Sequence record: LC597490.1
Direction: 5' to 3' (one strand)
Length of the DNA: 64,000 nt
The notes beneath the pieces were generated by a model. The model did not search any database and was not told the origin of the DNA. It saw nothing but the letters and a program-made list of their open reading frames with translations. Below are positions 19,247-31,600 of the stretch, piece after piece (positions within the stretch are counted from its first letter, which is position 1; the number at the start of each line of letters is the position of its first letter). Made by a program: the position numbers and the translations under genes.

Positions 19247-20856
19247 TACATATCACCCTTCTTTGGTAGTTTTAAAGTAAGTGTTCCTTCTGGAAGAATC
19301 TTAATACCTAAATCTATTAAGCTACCTTCCATCCATGAACCCTCCGTATCAATCTGATAGAAGAAGTCCCCGAATCCTAGTTCAAGGTTTCCATCAGGAG
19401 TTGCATACAAGTTTTGCAAATCTGTGTCAATCAGTGGAGTGTTTGTTGTGAAGTCTTCTTGTGTAGTAAAGATTGTGCTCTGCACTTTATCTGTTATGTC
19501 TTTCCACTTCACTTCGATCTCGTTTACAACAGGAGTCTTATTAGATACTGTCGTAGATAATTCAGCATGTAATTTTAAGAATCCATCCGTAGGAGTTGTC
19601 AGTACAGTATTACCTGTAATGATTTCTAAGCTAGGGTCATTTGGATTATCAAATGCATACTGTGATTGATTCAACTTGAAGTCGATAGATGTCGTGTAGT
19701 AATACTGAAGGAATGCTCTTACGATGTAGTTGAGCTTAATCAACTCTGTTGAGGTAATGGTATATCTGTACGACTCTGGTTTAAACTCTTCATTTGGAAT
19801 CAAACCTTTTGCCGTGATTTTATAGCGGAAGTTGATCTCAGGGTCAATGCGGACTGAATCTTCTTCACGACCCCTTACGCCAAGGTAGGCATCAAAGTTA
19901 CGTAAGTTAGATTCTCTTTTCGGAGCTGTGATTTTTAAATCGTCGCCATCACCAACACCACTTTGGAAGTCATCTTCTTTCCATCCCTCTAATGAAGGAT
20001 TCCATACATGAGGTAGGAACTGGAAGCCTAATCTCTTCTCTTCAAGACTTCTCCAGTAAGCTTCATCCCAAGCCATGTTGTCCCATGTTGCACCAAGTAA
20101 GTTATTTAATGTATGAACATACTCTCTCATTTTAGGAGTAGGTCGTCCATGTTCATCAAACAATGTTCCTTGGAATGCTTTCTCATGAAACTCATTAACT
20201 GTGACATCTTCTGATTCAATACCAAGGTCACGACTAATTGCATTCTCTAAACCAGTCTTAGAACTGTTACCTGGCTTACGGAATACATCTAGTATACGTT
20301 CTTTCAGTTGTGCATTTCGCTCACCGAATAGTCGTTGTAATCCTAGAAGGAATGCGAACTCATCAAATGTATTCCACACATGATGTAATAAAATTGTTTC
20401 GTGCATTGTTCCATCAATTAAGATGTAATCATATGGCTTATTAATGTTTGCATCCATCAAGTACTTTGCAGCTCTTACATATAAATAGCCTTCTTCTCTG
20501 TCGATGATTGCACAATGTTCGTATTCATCTTCAACATAGAAATCTCTTACACTATCATACATAAGAATAGGATATGCAATGTCATTGCTATATCCAAAGA
20601 CTTCTCTGAATGGTCTCATGTCAGCCACAACTGGAAGTGTAATAGGAATACGGTACGTAACATCTACCTGTCCTAAGTTAGCAGTTCCGATGAATTGGTT
20701 TTGAATTGTTTGTTCTAAGTATTCTTGAACATCGTCAAACTCTAAACCAAATGTATCTAAGAACTGTGCTCCAATTGAGTCTGGGTCTTTCGCCATTTTC
20801 ATCCATTGAGGAAGAAGCGCTTGCAGTCTTTTTGTATTTTGACTGAGCATTCTCAT
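19246..20856 (-). CDS. Baseplate wedge protein (536 aa), P2 gpI/T4 gp7-like position
   Basis: LLPQWMKM...FLDTFG...WNTFDEFAFLLGLQRLFGERNAQLKERILDVF; follows the baseplate-J-like gene. Confidence 0.65.
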   Translation of the reverse strand: MRMLSQNTKRLQALLPQWMKMAKDPDSIGAQFLDTFGLEFDDVQEYLEQTIQNQFIGTANLGQVDVTYRIPITLPVVADMRPFREVFGYSNDIAYPILMYDSVRDFYVEDEYEHCAIIDREEGYLYVRAAKYLMDANINKPYDYILIDGTMHETILLHHVWNTFDEFAFLLGLQRLFGERNAQLKERILDVFRKPGNSSKTGLENAISRDLGIESEDVTVNEFHEKAFQGTLFDEHGRPTPKMREYVHTLNNLLGATWDNMAWDEAYWRSLEEKRLGFQFLPHVWNPSLEGWKEDDFQSGVGDGDDLKITAPKRESNLRNFDAYLGVRGREEDSVRIDPEINFRYKITAKGLIPNEEFKPESYRYTITSTELIKLNYIVRAFLQYYYTTSIDFKLNQSQYAFDNPNDPSLEIITGNTVLTTPTDGFLKLHAELSTTVSNKTPVVNEIEVKWKDITDKVQSTIFTTQEDFTTNTPLIDTDLQNLYATPDGNLELGFGDFFYQIDTEGSWMEGSLIDLGIKILPEGTLTLKLPKKGDM

Positions 20857-20868
20857 GATATTCCTCCT

Positions 20869-21669
20869 TTATTCAACATTGATATTTTGCAAGTACAGTC
20901 GCTCATCCCATCTAGCTGAGATATTACCAACGAAACGTGGCATATCTTTTACTGTAATGCTTTGTAGGATAACATCACTAATCTTAGGAGACGTTGCTTT
21001 TAATGTTCTTAACATGTCAGCATACAAGAATGTTTCTCCTGGTTGCAATTTACCCATATATGATTTGGCATCTTGAATGAGATGCGCCTTAATTACTTCT
21101 TTTTCTTCAGTCGAAGCACTGCTTCTATACATGACTCTAACCTTAATAGATACAGGAATCAAGAGTGGTGTTGCGATTTCTGCATAAACACCAGCAGCTT
21201 TTATCTTATCCACTTTCTCTTCTACTTGTGAGAGGATTTCATTAATACGTTCTAAGTCATCTGTAATGATGTGGATTGTGAATGAACCGCCACCATGAGT
21301 GTACTCTTTGAACTTCACATCAATAACGCCATCTACTTCAAGAGCAGCTAGACGTACAGCTGTTTTATTTGCACCAGCGATAACGAAAACCTGTTTTGTA
21401 ATACGTGCTCTGTAGTCATCATCTGACTCATCTTCTTTACGAGTACAGCTTAACAATTCACCGATTAAGTCTAAGTATTGATTTGTTGCAGTCGAGATAA
21501 AAGCTGATAGCTTCAGGTTTAAGATTTCATGATATACATCACCGAAGCGCTCACTTAGAATTTCCATTAATGTACGAGCAACTGCTCCAGGATTTACTTC
21601 ATTGATACCTGTCTTTTCTTCTAAGCGCTTTAACAAGTCTTTTAGAATATCTTCATATAGTTTATTCAT
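20869..21669 (-). CDS. Baseplate J-like protein (short, 266 aa)
   Basis: PGAVARTLME...STATNQYLDLIG...RKEDESDDDYRARI...LEVDGVIDV is the Baseplate_J pattern. Confidence 0.85.
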   Translation of the reverse strand: MNKLYEDILKDLLKRLEEKTGINEVNPGAVARTLMEILSERFGDVYHEILNLKLSAFISTATNQYLDLIGELLSCTRKEDESDDDYRARITKQVFVIAGANKTAVRLAALEVDGVIDVKFKEYTHGGGSFTIHIITDDLERINEILSQVEEKVDKIKAAGVYAEIATPLLIPVSIKVRVMYRSSASTEEKEVIKAHLIQDAKSYMGKLQPGETFLYADMLRTLKATSPKISDVILQSITVKDMPRFVGNISARWDERLYLQNINVE

Positions 21670-22169
21670 TAGCTTTCATCCTTTTGATAGATATTTGAAA
21701 CGCCTGTTGTTAAATCGAATACCAGAGGAATATAGAATCGAACAGCATTGCCATCATAAATACGAATAAAGAAAACGATTTCGCTTTCACTTACAGGAAT
21801 AGGTTTGATATCTATGTTGCCTTCACTATATAAGTTTGCATATGTCAGGCTTCGTAGAATTGTAGCTACTCCACGTTCTGCTGTTTCTCTCGTATTTGGT
21901 TCTCCAATTAAGTCAGAAAGGTCTGCACCGATATTTGCATGATGATACCAATCTGGATTCTCTGTTTGAATACGATTCTTGATAATCGTTTGTTCAACTT
22001 CATAACCTAGTCCAAGAGAGAGATCGTAGATGAACACTCCATCATCTTGTTTATCAGTTGTGATAGAACCATCTGGTTGTCTATATAGAAGATTTCCTTC
22101 TTCATCTGTTTTCGGAACGCTTCTAATTAAGTCTCCATCTTCTGAGAATGCGAGGTCATATCGAATCAT
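21669..22169 (-). CDS. Baseplate sheath-initiator (gp25/gpW-like)
   Basis: IKNRIQTENPDW...IGADLSDLIGEPN; immediately upstream of the J-like gene. Confidence 0.75.
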   Translation of the reverse strand: MIRYDLAFSEDGDLIRSVPKTDEEGNLLYRQPDGSITTDKQDDGVFIYDLSLGLGYEVEQTIIKNRIQTENPDWYHHANIGADLSDLIGEPNTRETAERGVATILRSLTYANLYSEGNIDIKPIPVSESEIVFFIRIYDGNAVRFYIPLVFDLTTGVSNIYQKDES

Positions 22170-22639
22170 TTTCTGTCACCTCTTTGTGTTAGATTGTAAT
22201 CTTGCATAAGTTGTTTTGCCTTTGGAGAATAATGCTGTAATGATTCTTTTGAAAGGAAAGATGGACTATCTGGATTTACATACTGTCCATTCCATTGAAG
22301 CCCAAGTGGGTTTGTTCTTACGTTTGTGGATTTACTGAAGATGTTTACATTGTCACCGTAGAGGTAGAGACTGTTTGTATTGGGGTCAAGTCGAATGCCG
22401 ACATTACCATTACCAAATAAGTCTACTGAGCCATCATCATTCATTTTAAAAATAGCATCTGTTAGTGGATGTTTCATTGCTACTTCTTTACGTTGAATTC
22501 TACGTTGTTGTCTATCTATCTCTGTATAATCTAGGACATCAGGACGAACACGATATGAATCAACTTTTTCTTTCCAAGGAGCTGGACGGTATTCTATTTC
22601 ACCGCCACCTAAATCAAATTCAAATGGATTATCTGCCAT
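22166..22639 (-). CDS. Probable spike beta-helix protein
   Basis: IFKMNDDGSVDLFGNGNVGIRLDPNTNSLYLYGDNVNIFS beta-strand repeats; lies between the OB-fold spike gene and the gp25-like gene. Confidence 0.5.
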   Translation of the reverse strand: MADNPFEFDLGGGEIEYRPAPWKEKVDSYRVRPDVLDYTEIDRQQRRIQRKEVAMKHPLTDAIFKMNDDGSVDLFGNGNVGIRLDPNTNSLYLYGDNVNIFSKSTNVRTNPLGLQWNGQYVNPDSPSFLSKESLQHYSPKAKQLMQDYNLTQRGDRK

Positions 22640-22651
22640 GCTATCACTCCT

Positions 22652-23005
22652 TTACATATACCATAGATTTGGTGGGATATCTCTTGTCTGTGAGCTATCG
22701 TATAGTTTGTCATTGCTATCTTTATGAACAACTGAGATATAAGGACGGTCTACTTTTCCACCACGGAAAGCAATGCTTACACGGTTACCAATCTCAACAC
22801 TCTCACGGAATATACCATCACCATCTTGAGGAAGAGGAACGTTTCTAGATTCACGCCAGTTATGACCTTGATGGTCTTTCCACATTACATCAACTGTTTG
22901 CTCAATATAACTTACACCTACGACATAACCGATGATATCTTGGCGAATGTTTTGCACCATAGGTTGAAGCATCTTTTTAATCTGTTGTTGTACTGGGTTA
23001 TTCAT
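22652..23005 (-). CDS. Central-spike OB-fold protein (gpV/gp5-N-like)
   Basis: IGYVVGV...TVDV...VPLP...VEIGNRVSIAFRGGKVDRPYI. Confidence 0.65.
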   Translation of the reverse strand: MNNPVQQQIKKMLQPMVQNIRQDIIGYVVGVSYIEQTVDVMWKDHQGHNWRESRNVPLPQDGDGIFRESVEIGNRVSIAFRGGKVDRPYISVVHKDSNDKLYDSSQTRDIPPNLWYM

Positions 23006-23009
23006 TTAC

Positions 23010-24311
23010 TCACCTCCATGAATTTGGTCCGACATATACATCAAAACCTGGATACGATTGATAGTCTGCTTCAAATAAATCAACATGGATAAATCCATTA
23101 CCAGGCTTTACATTTTGGAAGCCCAACATAGAAATAATATCTGCTAATCTATAAGTCTCTTCTTTGTTATATCCTGTTTGAATTTTTACCGCAAGACCTA
23201 TTCCATAAAATGTATTGGCTTTTGGAGTAAAAGATTGTAATATGGAAAGTTTATTTTTCACGAGGAGGTTTTTTGTTTTAAATTCTTGATGAATTAAGTC
23301 GAGTGCTTTTAGCATCAAAGGGTGTACAAGTAATGTACATCCTACGTGACCAGACTCATATCGAGAACTTGGAAGTCTCACTAATCGTTTCTCATTTAAG
23401 AAGTCTCTTCTATATAATGCATACATTTCTTTACGAGGATATTCTCTTGAGATTTCAATTGTTCTCTCATGAATTTTAGGGACTGGAAGGATTAATGAAA
23501 CTTGTCCAACTACTGGAGCTACCTTTACTTCTTTTGCATCAGCAAAGAATTGTAATGAAGCAAACTGAGCTGTCTTCTTTTCTTCTGGTTTAGCTGGTGT
23601 TGTAGAAGCTCCAGATGCTTTAGGTGGAGCGAAACGTCTTGCACATACATATCTAGCTCCATACCAATTTGTATTCAAACTACGAAGCCCTAGACCGCCC
23701 CATTCACCTTTACCAGATGCCATATCAATGAACTTGTCTCCACCCATTGAGATAGCACAGTGAACTACGTTAAATGAACCAACACCAGGAACATTAACTC
23801 TATGCCCACTACCGTCTGTAGATTTAAAGAAGATACAATCACCAGGTAGTAATTGCTCTCTAGGGATAATCAATTGTCCTGCTTGGTTTGCAATCTGCTC
23901 TCCAGTGTAACCACCTATGTTGGGGCCACCTGCTAATTCAATTGCTTGCCTTGTTAGTGTGGAACAGTCACCAGAGTTCTTATTGATTATGTCACGTACT
24001 GCCTGTGAATAAGGAGCACTCTTATGTTCATTCATTAGTTTCTGAGCCATAGCTGCAATATTCTCTCCGTTGAATCCTGATCCACCTTGAAATTGGAAGT
24101 TACCATCAGGAGTAGCAGCAGGGACGTCAGTACTAACGCCTGGGTCCCCACCATCTGTATACTCTGCTTCTTCCTCTTCTTTACGCTTCTTGTTTATTTC
24201 TTGAGCATATTCCTCAATCCATTTGAGACGTTCTTCAGCATTCTGTTTCATCGCCTCTAACTTCTTGGAATAATTATCTTCCCTTTGTTCGAACTTTTGA
24301 TTTCTAGCCAT
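23010..24311 (-). CDS. Virion wall hydrolase: NlpC/P60 peptidase plus degenerate peptidase-M15-like domain
   Basis: GDCSTLT (C116), LLPGDCIFF, VHCAISMGGDKFID (H184); C-terminal LGFQNVKPGNGFIHVDL. Confidence 0.85.
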   Translation of the reverse strand: MARNQKFEQREDNYSKKLEAMKQNAEERLKWIEEYAQEINKKRKEEEEAEYTDGGDPGVSTDVPAATPDGNFQFQGGSGFNGENIAAMAQKLMNEHKSAPYSQAVRDIINKNSGDCSTLTRQAIELAGGPNIGGYTGEQIANQAGQLIIPREQLLPGDCIFFKSTDGSGHRVNVPGVGSFNVVHCAISMGGDKFIDMASGKGEWGGLGLRSLNTNWYGARYVCARRFAPPKASGASTTPAKPEEKKTAQFASLQFFADAKEVKVAPVVGQVSLILPVPKIHERTIEISREYPRKEMYALYRRDFLNEKRLVRLPSSRYESGHVGCTLLVHPLMLKALDLIHQEFKTKNLLVKNKLSILQSFTPKANTFYGIGLAVKIQTGYNKEETYRLADIISMLGFQNVKPGNGFIHVDLFEADYQSYPGFDVYVGPNSWR

Positions 24312-24323
24312 TTAACTCACTCC

Positions 24324-25598
24324 TTACGGCCCACTTCCTGGTCCTTTGTACGGTGGATAACCAGCGTAGTCTCCCCAACTACCAGGAGGACCGATATCAA
24401 TATGAACGAATCCACCACCAGGTTGTACAGCCCTGAATCCTAAATTGTAAGCCATGTCAGCAATCTGATATGCTCTTGCCCTGCTTCTTCCTTCAACACC
24501 AATATCAATTGCCATTCCACATCCATGGAAGTCATTATCACCAGGTCGATAAGCAGAGTTTACTAGCATCTTTCCGTTGGTTAATAGGTTTTGTGATTTC
24601 ATAGTATTGTAGAGTAATTCAACAAATGGAATAAACTCAGGAGCTTCCATCATTGTACATCCACTTAAATTACTTACAAAGCGACTAGCATCTAAACGTT
24701 GATGCCCTGTATAACCTTTACGAGCAGCTAATATCTTTGCTCTGTAATCACTACGACTTTGAGCAGGTGGAGCATTTACTTTACCATTACTAATAGTTGC
24801 ACCTTGTACACCACCAGGGAAGTTAGTAGCGTAATTACCGCCACCGCCTCCACCACCTTGCGCTTTCTCTGGAAGACTGTATAGGAATGGGTCTGTGATT
24901 TTATAACCAAGACCCTCCATGATTTCTTTAATACCTTTTGGATAAGAAGAACCATAACCACTGTTACTATATCCTACGTAGAACCAAGCGAGTTGATAAA
25001 GCTCTACCTTCTTCATATCTTCTGGACCGAATCGGAATTTAGCAGGATTCTTTTGCCATGGCAACCAATAGGTATTACGTTTACCAATTAACTCTTCTAC
25101 CCCACACTCGATTTGATACTTTGTATCCTTCTGTAACTTACCAGTATCGAATCCATACTCTGATGCTTTAACCTGCATTAACCCATAATAACCAGCACTA
25201 GAACGAGTAGTAGGTTCCCCAGCAGATTCCTGAATCATAATAGCTTTAACGAATACTGGATTGACTCCGCCCTTTTCTTTACATACCTGAACGATTAAGT
25301 CATTCCATTTATCTGTTCCAGCTACACGACCTCTCATACCCGTTTGACCATGGGCACTTTTCTCAGGTCCTTTCCAGTCTGCAACTGTTGGCATTGTTCC
25401 AGTGAAACTACCACCACCGCCTTCGGTAGTAGTAGTCTCTCCTCCTTCACCAGAACCTTTCTTCTTTTTCTTATTCGCTTCAATTTCTTTCGCATACTCT
25501 TCAATCCACTTGAGACGTTCCTCGGCGTTAACCTTCATCGCCTCAAGCTTGGCGGTATACTTATCTTCACGATTGGTTTGTTTATCGCCCCTTGCCAT
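24324..25598 (-). CDS. Virion wall hydrolase: lytic transglycosylase (SLT) plus peptidase M15
   Basis: VKAIMIQESAG (E124)...GYYGLMQV; VNSAYRP...FHGCGMAIDI...GFVHIDI (Zn ligands H, D, H). Confidence 0.9.
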   Translation of the reverse strand: MARGDKQTNREDKYTAKLEAMKVNAEERLKWIEEYAKEIEANKKKKKGSGEGGETTTTEGGGGSFTGTMPTVADWKGPEKSAHGQTGMRGRVAGTDKWNDLIVQVCKEKGGVNPVFVKAIMIQESAGEPTTRSSAGYYGLMQVKASEYGFDTGKLQKDTKYQIECGVEELIGKRNTYWLPWQKNPAKFRFGPEDMKKVELYQLAWFYVGYSNSGYGSSYPKGIKEIMEGLGYKITDPFLYSLPEKAQGGGGGGGNYATNFPGGVQGATISNGKVNAPPAQSRSDYRAKILAARKGYTGHQRLDASRFVSNLSGCTMMEAPEFIPFVELLYNTMKSQNLLTNGKMLVNSAYRPGDNDFHGCGMAIDIGVEGRSRARAYQIADMAYNLGFRAVQPGGGFVHIDIGPPGSWGDYAGYPPYKGPGSGP

Positions 25599-25612
25599 TC
25601 ATCCTCACCTCT

Positions 25613-28600
25613 TTATTGCGTTTTATCTGCACCGTAATTATCAAGGTCTTGGTAGCTTGTTGTGAACTTACGGTCATCTGCATCTGTGTCAGCCATGAAG
25701 TTCATGAAGCCACCGACTGCTGCGAAGAATCCATCACCAGAACCATCGAAGCCTAGACCTTGCAAGAAGTTGTCCATTGAACCTTGTTTCGTATCACCGA
25801 CAACCATACCTTTGTGACCGTTAATACCAGCTGTAAACTCTTTACCTTGGTGCATTAATGGCATCATCAGTACAGCTTGGTTCGTAGTCTTACTTCGTCT
25901 CCACTTCTCGAATAAACTTTCAACTAACCATCCAGCAGTTAAACTGAATATCCATCCAAGTGGTGTTCCTTTCGAAGCAAATGTTCCAACGCCTTTAATG
26001 AACTTAGAACTTGATTTCATATCTTTCATTGCACCAGGTAATTTAGAAGCAGTTAGAAGTGAACGGGCCGCTAATTTCTTAGTGCCTTTCATAATCTTAC
26101 CATCCTTACCAGGTACTCCTCCAGATTTTAACCATTCCTGCGCCTTTTTGGAAACATTATCTGCGGCGGTTTTTACACGTTCCCAAGCCTGAGCCTCATT
26201 CTTACCTTCTTTACCTTTTGCTTTATAGTAAGAATCCAGTGCCTTCTTCAGTTCATTTGTTTCAGGAGTATCAGGAAGTGTATCCACAAGGTTCTTCATA
26301 CTCTTCTCGACTATCCATCCACCAGCTGCTTTACCTTTGGTCATGAGCGTTCGACCTGTTGCACTATTAGCGAACTTACGAGTTGCCGCATTACCAGCAC
26401 GTAATCCCATAACAGTTGCTCCAGCTAACATTCCGACAGATGCCCACCAGTTAGAATGAGCCAACATTGCTTTGTCATCAATAACAACAACAGCATCAGG
26501 AGTAACACTTGAAATGAATCCAGTCTCATGAGAGAAGTGATGAACAACAGCTTCAACTCCGATGTTACCGTTCATATCAGAAACAGAGTCTGACATATAA
26601 ATCATGTCATGTGGTTTCAGTGTTGGCGTTCCAATGATTGTGATACGTCCTTTATACATATCCTTCATGTAATCACGTACTGTACTTGCAGAGTAGTAAA
26701 GAGCTTGCTTCTCTGTAGTAAACATATCCCAACCTGGAATTGTACGAGAGATTAATGGAAGGTCAACAACTGCTGTACGTTGCATTGAGAAGTCAATGTC
26801 GTAGTCTGCATAAACTGGAGGTGTTGGTTTCCCGCCGTAGTTACCAACAACAATTGTATACATACCATCAGAAGATGCTTTGATTTGGTTAGATATAATA
26901 TCCATTCCATCGTCAATATAATGAAGCTGACAATAAGGACGTCTATATTCTGTATCAAGCGTACGATCCCATGACTTCGTTTTCTCATTATAAGCATACG
27001 TACTGTCGTAACGATATGCCATGTTCCAATAAGGTTTTCCGAAGAACAAGGTAGAACGAGTTTCGAATGGATGTACTGCCGCAATATAATCTGGGAAACA
27101 GTAAGAAATGTTTGTAGCTACATCCCAAATTGTTTGATTATATAGAGGCATTAAGATATTGTCCTCGTCACCGCCTTGGAATTTAAGAATGAACCCATCC
27201 CACTTCATAGGAATACGAGTACCATCTTCATAAATCCATTGGCTAAATGTTTGCAGTCCATTTGCAGAGTAAATGTTTTGAGCAGCTTCTCCATAGTTTT
27301 CATTGAAGAACTTGAAGTTTGCATCTGGTGTTCTATCACCTGGACGACCAAAGTGAGCTACCCCTAATGGATTGTCACGGAAGAATCTGTTTTCGCTGGC
27401 TACGTTGATTACGTCTTTTGCCCATGAACCTTTAGATGTTAAGAGCTTACAGATAATGTCTCGTGGTTCTTGAGCATTAAATAGTTTCGCTGTTTTATCA
27501 TCAGGGTCACCAGAGATAACACTTGTTAATTCCAGCCCGTCACCTTGAGCAACGAGTGTAATAACATCGTTTGTATCCATCTCTGTAATCTTACCGTTGA
27601 ATACAGTTGGTAATCTTCGTACAGATGAACCATAACCCATTCGTAAATGGATACGAGCACCAACTTCTAACATCATACTGTTTAATAAGTCTGAGCGAGA
27701 ATCTAAGATTGCATCACTTGGATTATCCAGTACTAAATTATCCCAGAAGCTATATGCAAAGCTGTCGTACATTTCACTTGTTGGTCGTGCCGTTAAGTTA
27801 CTGTATACGTTTGTCATGGAGATAACAGCTGTGTCAGCTACTTGTTTTCTACTTCTATGAACATCAATAGATTGGATTGCGTTGAATCCGTAGAAGTTAT
27901 CCCATAAACGATATGAACCCATCCAACGTCCTTCATCAATAATGAAGAATTGGAACGTAGGGAATGCTCGACATAAGCGACCTCTCATATCATAAGACAG
28001 CATATTGTGAGCCATTTGAGAGAATGCTTCTTCAGGAGATTGCTTGAATAATAGACGGTTGTATTCTTCATCTTTGATGTCTTCTACTTTTTGTTGGTCT
28101 TCATAGTTCTTCGTTTCTTGAGACTTACCATCTCCGAACCAATTGTCCCATAAAGAACCATCTCCACCGAATGTTTTACTCCATCCTAAAGCTAGAAGGT
28201 CAGTTGCCCATTTACCAATCAACATGTTTGTATTACCGCCAGTTGGAATCTTAACTTGGTCTAGGTAACCTTTTAATTTTCCATCCTTATGCATCTTCAT
28301 GTATGACTCATAAATTTTCTTAACTTCACTAGTAGACTTTTTCTTAATCTCACTGAGTAATGCCTTCGCCTTTTCCTTACCAAGAACATCTTCCAGAATC
28401 TTAGAATCCTCTAAGTCCTTGATTAATGCATCCTTATCACTTGTTGCAACGTTAACAGTATGAGAAGACTTACCATCAACTAACTTCATAATGTCAGGGT
28501 CTACAACTTGTCGTGGAGAACGGTAACGGTTCTTATCTTCATTGTATAAAGACTTCCACACACTCATGATAGAAGGGAATGCACCTTCCTTAATACTATC

Positions 28601-31600
28601 TTTCTTCAGCTCACCAATATAGAAAGCGGATAACATGTAATCCCAAGCACGATATTCAAATTCTTTCTCTTTTGAATCTCTAGCTTTTACATAGAATTTA
28701 TAAATGTCTTCTACGATTACTTTCAATTGGTACTTCCAATCCCATAGGAATCGTTGTGCATCATCTACACTAGTTGCGAAGTTTGGAATATCCACTTTAC
28801 CAAGACCACCGAATGTACCGTTTACATAAGGTTTACTCATAGAGTCGAAACCATTCCACTTACTTTGATGATGGAAGAATGCTTTTAGATAGTTAGCAAT
28901 ACGAGCACGAGTTGTTGGCATAAACTCTTTGTAATACATACCGTTTGTTTTATCTTGTCCCATTAATGCAATCAGGTTGTCGGTAGGTTTCTTACCTTCA
29001 CGATATTGCGTATACAATTTAAGATGGTCTTCTGGGTCAGCATACGTAAGTTTTGTATGTCCACCAGTAGCCTTATTCTTATCGTTATATACATTGTTGT
29101 TTTTAACCCAGCGTGCATCAATTAATGCATACAATTCCTTGTAGAAATCAACTGGTTTTGGAACAACATTCTGTCTCCATTTTGTAAAGTCCGCTTCTGA
29201 TTCACCATAACCCCATGTCTTCCACTTATCTAAAGGAGGAGGCGTGTCGATATTCTTCTTATCTTTCAACCAAGTAGCAACTTCAGCATTTGGTTTCCCA
29301 GTACCTTTTGCACCACCAGTAGAGTCAGTCGCATTCTCAGCAGCCTTTTCAGAGTTCGCGCCCTTATTATCTTCAGCCCAGTTAAAGACATATGGAACAT
29401 AAGGAGTCTTTTTCTCAAGCGCTTCGATAACATGCATGTTCTCTTTATCTACATCCATTGGGTCAGTAGAAGTAATACTAGAAGACATGTGTACACCAGA
29501 GGAGTCACTGAACTTCATCTCTTTACGTTGTTCTAACTGCTTCTTAATTTCTCCACGGAACGTCCATTTTGTAGAAGCATAGAAGTCAGGGTCAACGTAG
29601 ATACCGCCTGGTTTGTTTTTGTACTCCTTAATACCAGCTCCAGTTTTCTCAATGACATCATTAAGCTCTTTGTAAGTTGGTAATTCTAAGTCAGGATATA
29701 CTTCCATTTGGTCCATCTTGTACTCAATGATTGCATCTTGTAATTTGTAATCTACAGTAGATGAATGCAATTGGTCACGGTCTGTACCATTGACTGCGCT
29801 CATACCTTTTAGTTCTTCTTGACGACGTTGTGTTTTATTGAAAGCAACTAATACCATCTCACCTTGGAATCGACCAGGGAATCCAGGGACAGTATTTACG
29901 TTAAGTGTTTCAATCATTACACTTCTAACACCGAATAGTTTCAATAATTGATTCTCTATTCCTAAGAATCCAGAAGAGATACCTACACGATAATGACGAG
30001 CGAACTCATCAATCTTATCTACTAAGTTACGTAGCTTTAATACGCCATCTTCTGTTAACTCAAGGTCTAGTTTTACGGCAACATCTTGAGAACCAAGGAA
30101 CTGCATCGTAGGTGATTCACCAGTACGAGTTTGAGCAGAACTGAATATGTTTTCGTACATAACTTGCATAGAAGTAACTAACATGTCCTTCTCAGGAATT
30201 GTGTAATCAATCATGGATAGTTTAGATTCTGTTACATATACAATATCACTTAACTTGTTGTAACGATCAATCTCAGTCATTGCCATTTGTTCAGCACGGC
30301 GACCTCTTTCAACGATTCCTTTTAATGCACCTAAAGAAGTTTCTGTTACATAGAAATAACCAACGGCTTCTTTTTCAGACTTAGGTTTTACCCATAAGTT
30401 TCTATGCTTCTTCAGTTCTTCACCATTTGGAATTGACCATAAAAAGATTTTGAATGTATCCTTCTTACGGAAGTAGCCTGGAAGTTCTGAACCTTCTTCT
30501 GGGTCTACTGGTAATTTACCACGCATAATGTCATGGACTTCACTATCATGAGGAGCGAAGAATTCCGTATCATCAAATACAGCTCTTGCACTTCTATTGT
30601 TATACATATCTTGGAACACTGGATGTCCTTCCACTAAGTCATCAGGGTCTTTGATATCGCCATTCTTTTTATGACGTTGGTACTTATCATATTGCTCAAG
30701 AAGGAGTGAAGCTTTCTTACCATCGGCAATAACTTTACCTAGCTCACTTTTCTTTGCATCAATTTCCATTCTCATAACATTGATTGGCTTCATTTCACGA
30801 AGAGCAATGATTGCTTCTGCTCGTTGTTCCAATTCAGCTTCATCAGCATGAGAGAAGGAAATCTTATTTGTTAATTGTCCAGAGATAGGCTCTAGGAAAG
30901 TATGAGCTTCGTTAGCTGGTTTTGTTAAGCTACGTTGGTAGTACCATCTCATTAATGGATAGTTGATTGCGTCATGCAAACTAACTTCTTGAGGCATGTA
31001 GGCTTCAGAGTTAAACTTCGCTAATGTTAAGTTAGCCATGATAGAGTGAGGGAATCCTGGGACTGTCTCTACTGATAAGTTCATTAATGCTACATCATGA
31101 ATATCTAAAGTTGTATTAATGTATACATTATCAATAGGAAGGAAAGGCATCTTTTGGAACTGAGCAATCAGCTGGCGTAAACCATCCATTGTATATTCCA
31201 TACCTTCTGGAGTCTTCCACGGTGTACCATTAATCGCTTCTAAGTCGTGGAAATATAATTGTAGATTAATGGATGTACTTGCATATCCAGTTTTCGTTAA
31301 GATACTTCCTTTTGTACGAAGTGTTTTAATACGTTCAGTGTGAGAAGTTCTATTTACTTGGATACCAAGTGGAGGAACTGTAAGCAATACATCACCAATA
31401 CGAACACGATGTTGGTTTTGGAGGTCGCCCATTTTCTCGATTCTATCATCTAATGGTTCTAAGAAATCAATTGAGTTATCAAACACATCATCATATTTAA
31501 TTTTAACTTCCGATAAGTCTGATTTCTCTTCATTGTTCTTATTGCTTTCTTTGAAGTAGTCGTCTAGTTTTTCACCGACTGTTCCACTATCAGGCATGTC

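Noticed and set aside
23010-25598. Calling the two hydrolases the lysis endolysin
   Set aside because: They sit between the hub and spike genes, have no cell-wall-binding repeats or adjacent holin, and share a virion-type N-terminal helix.
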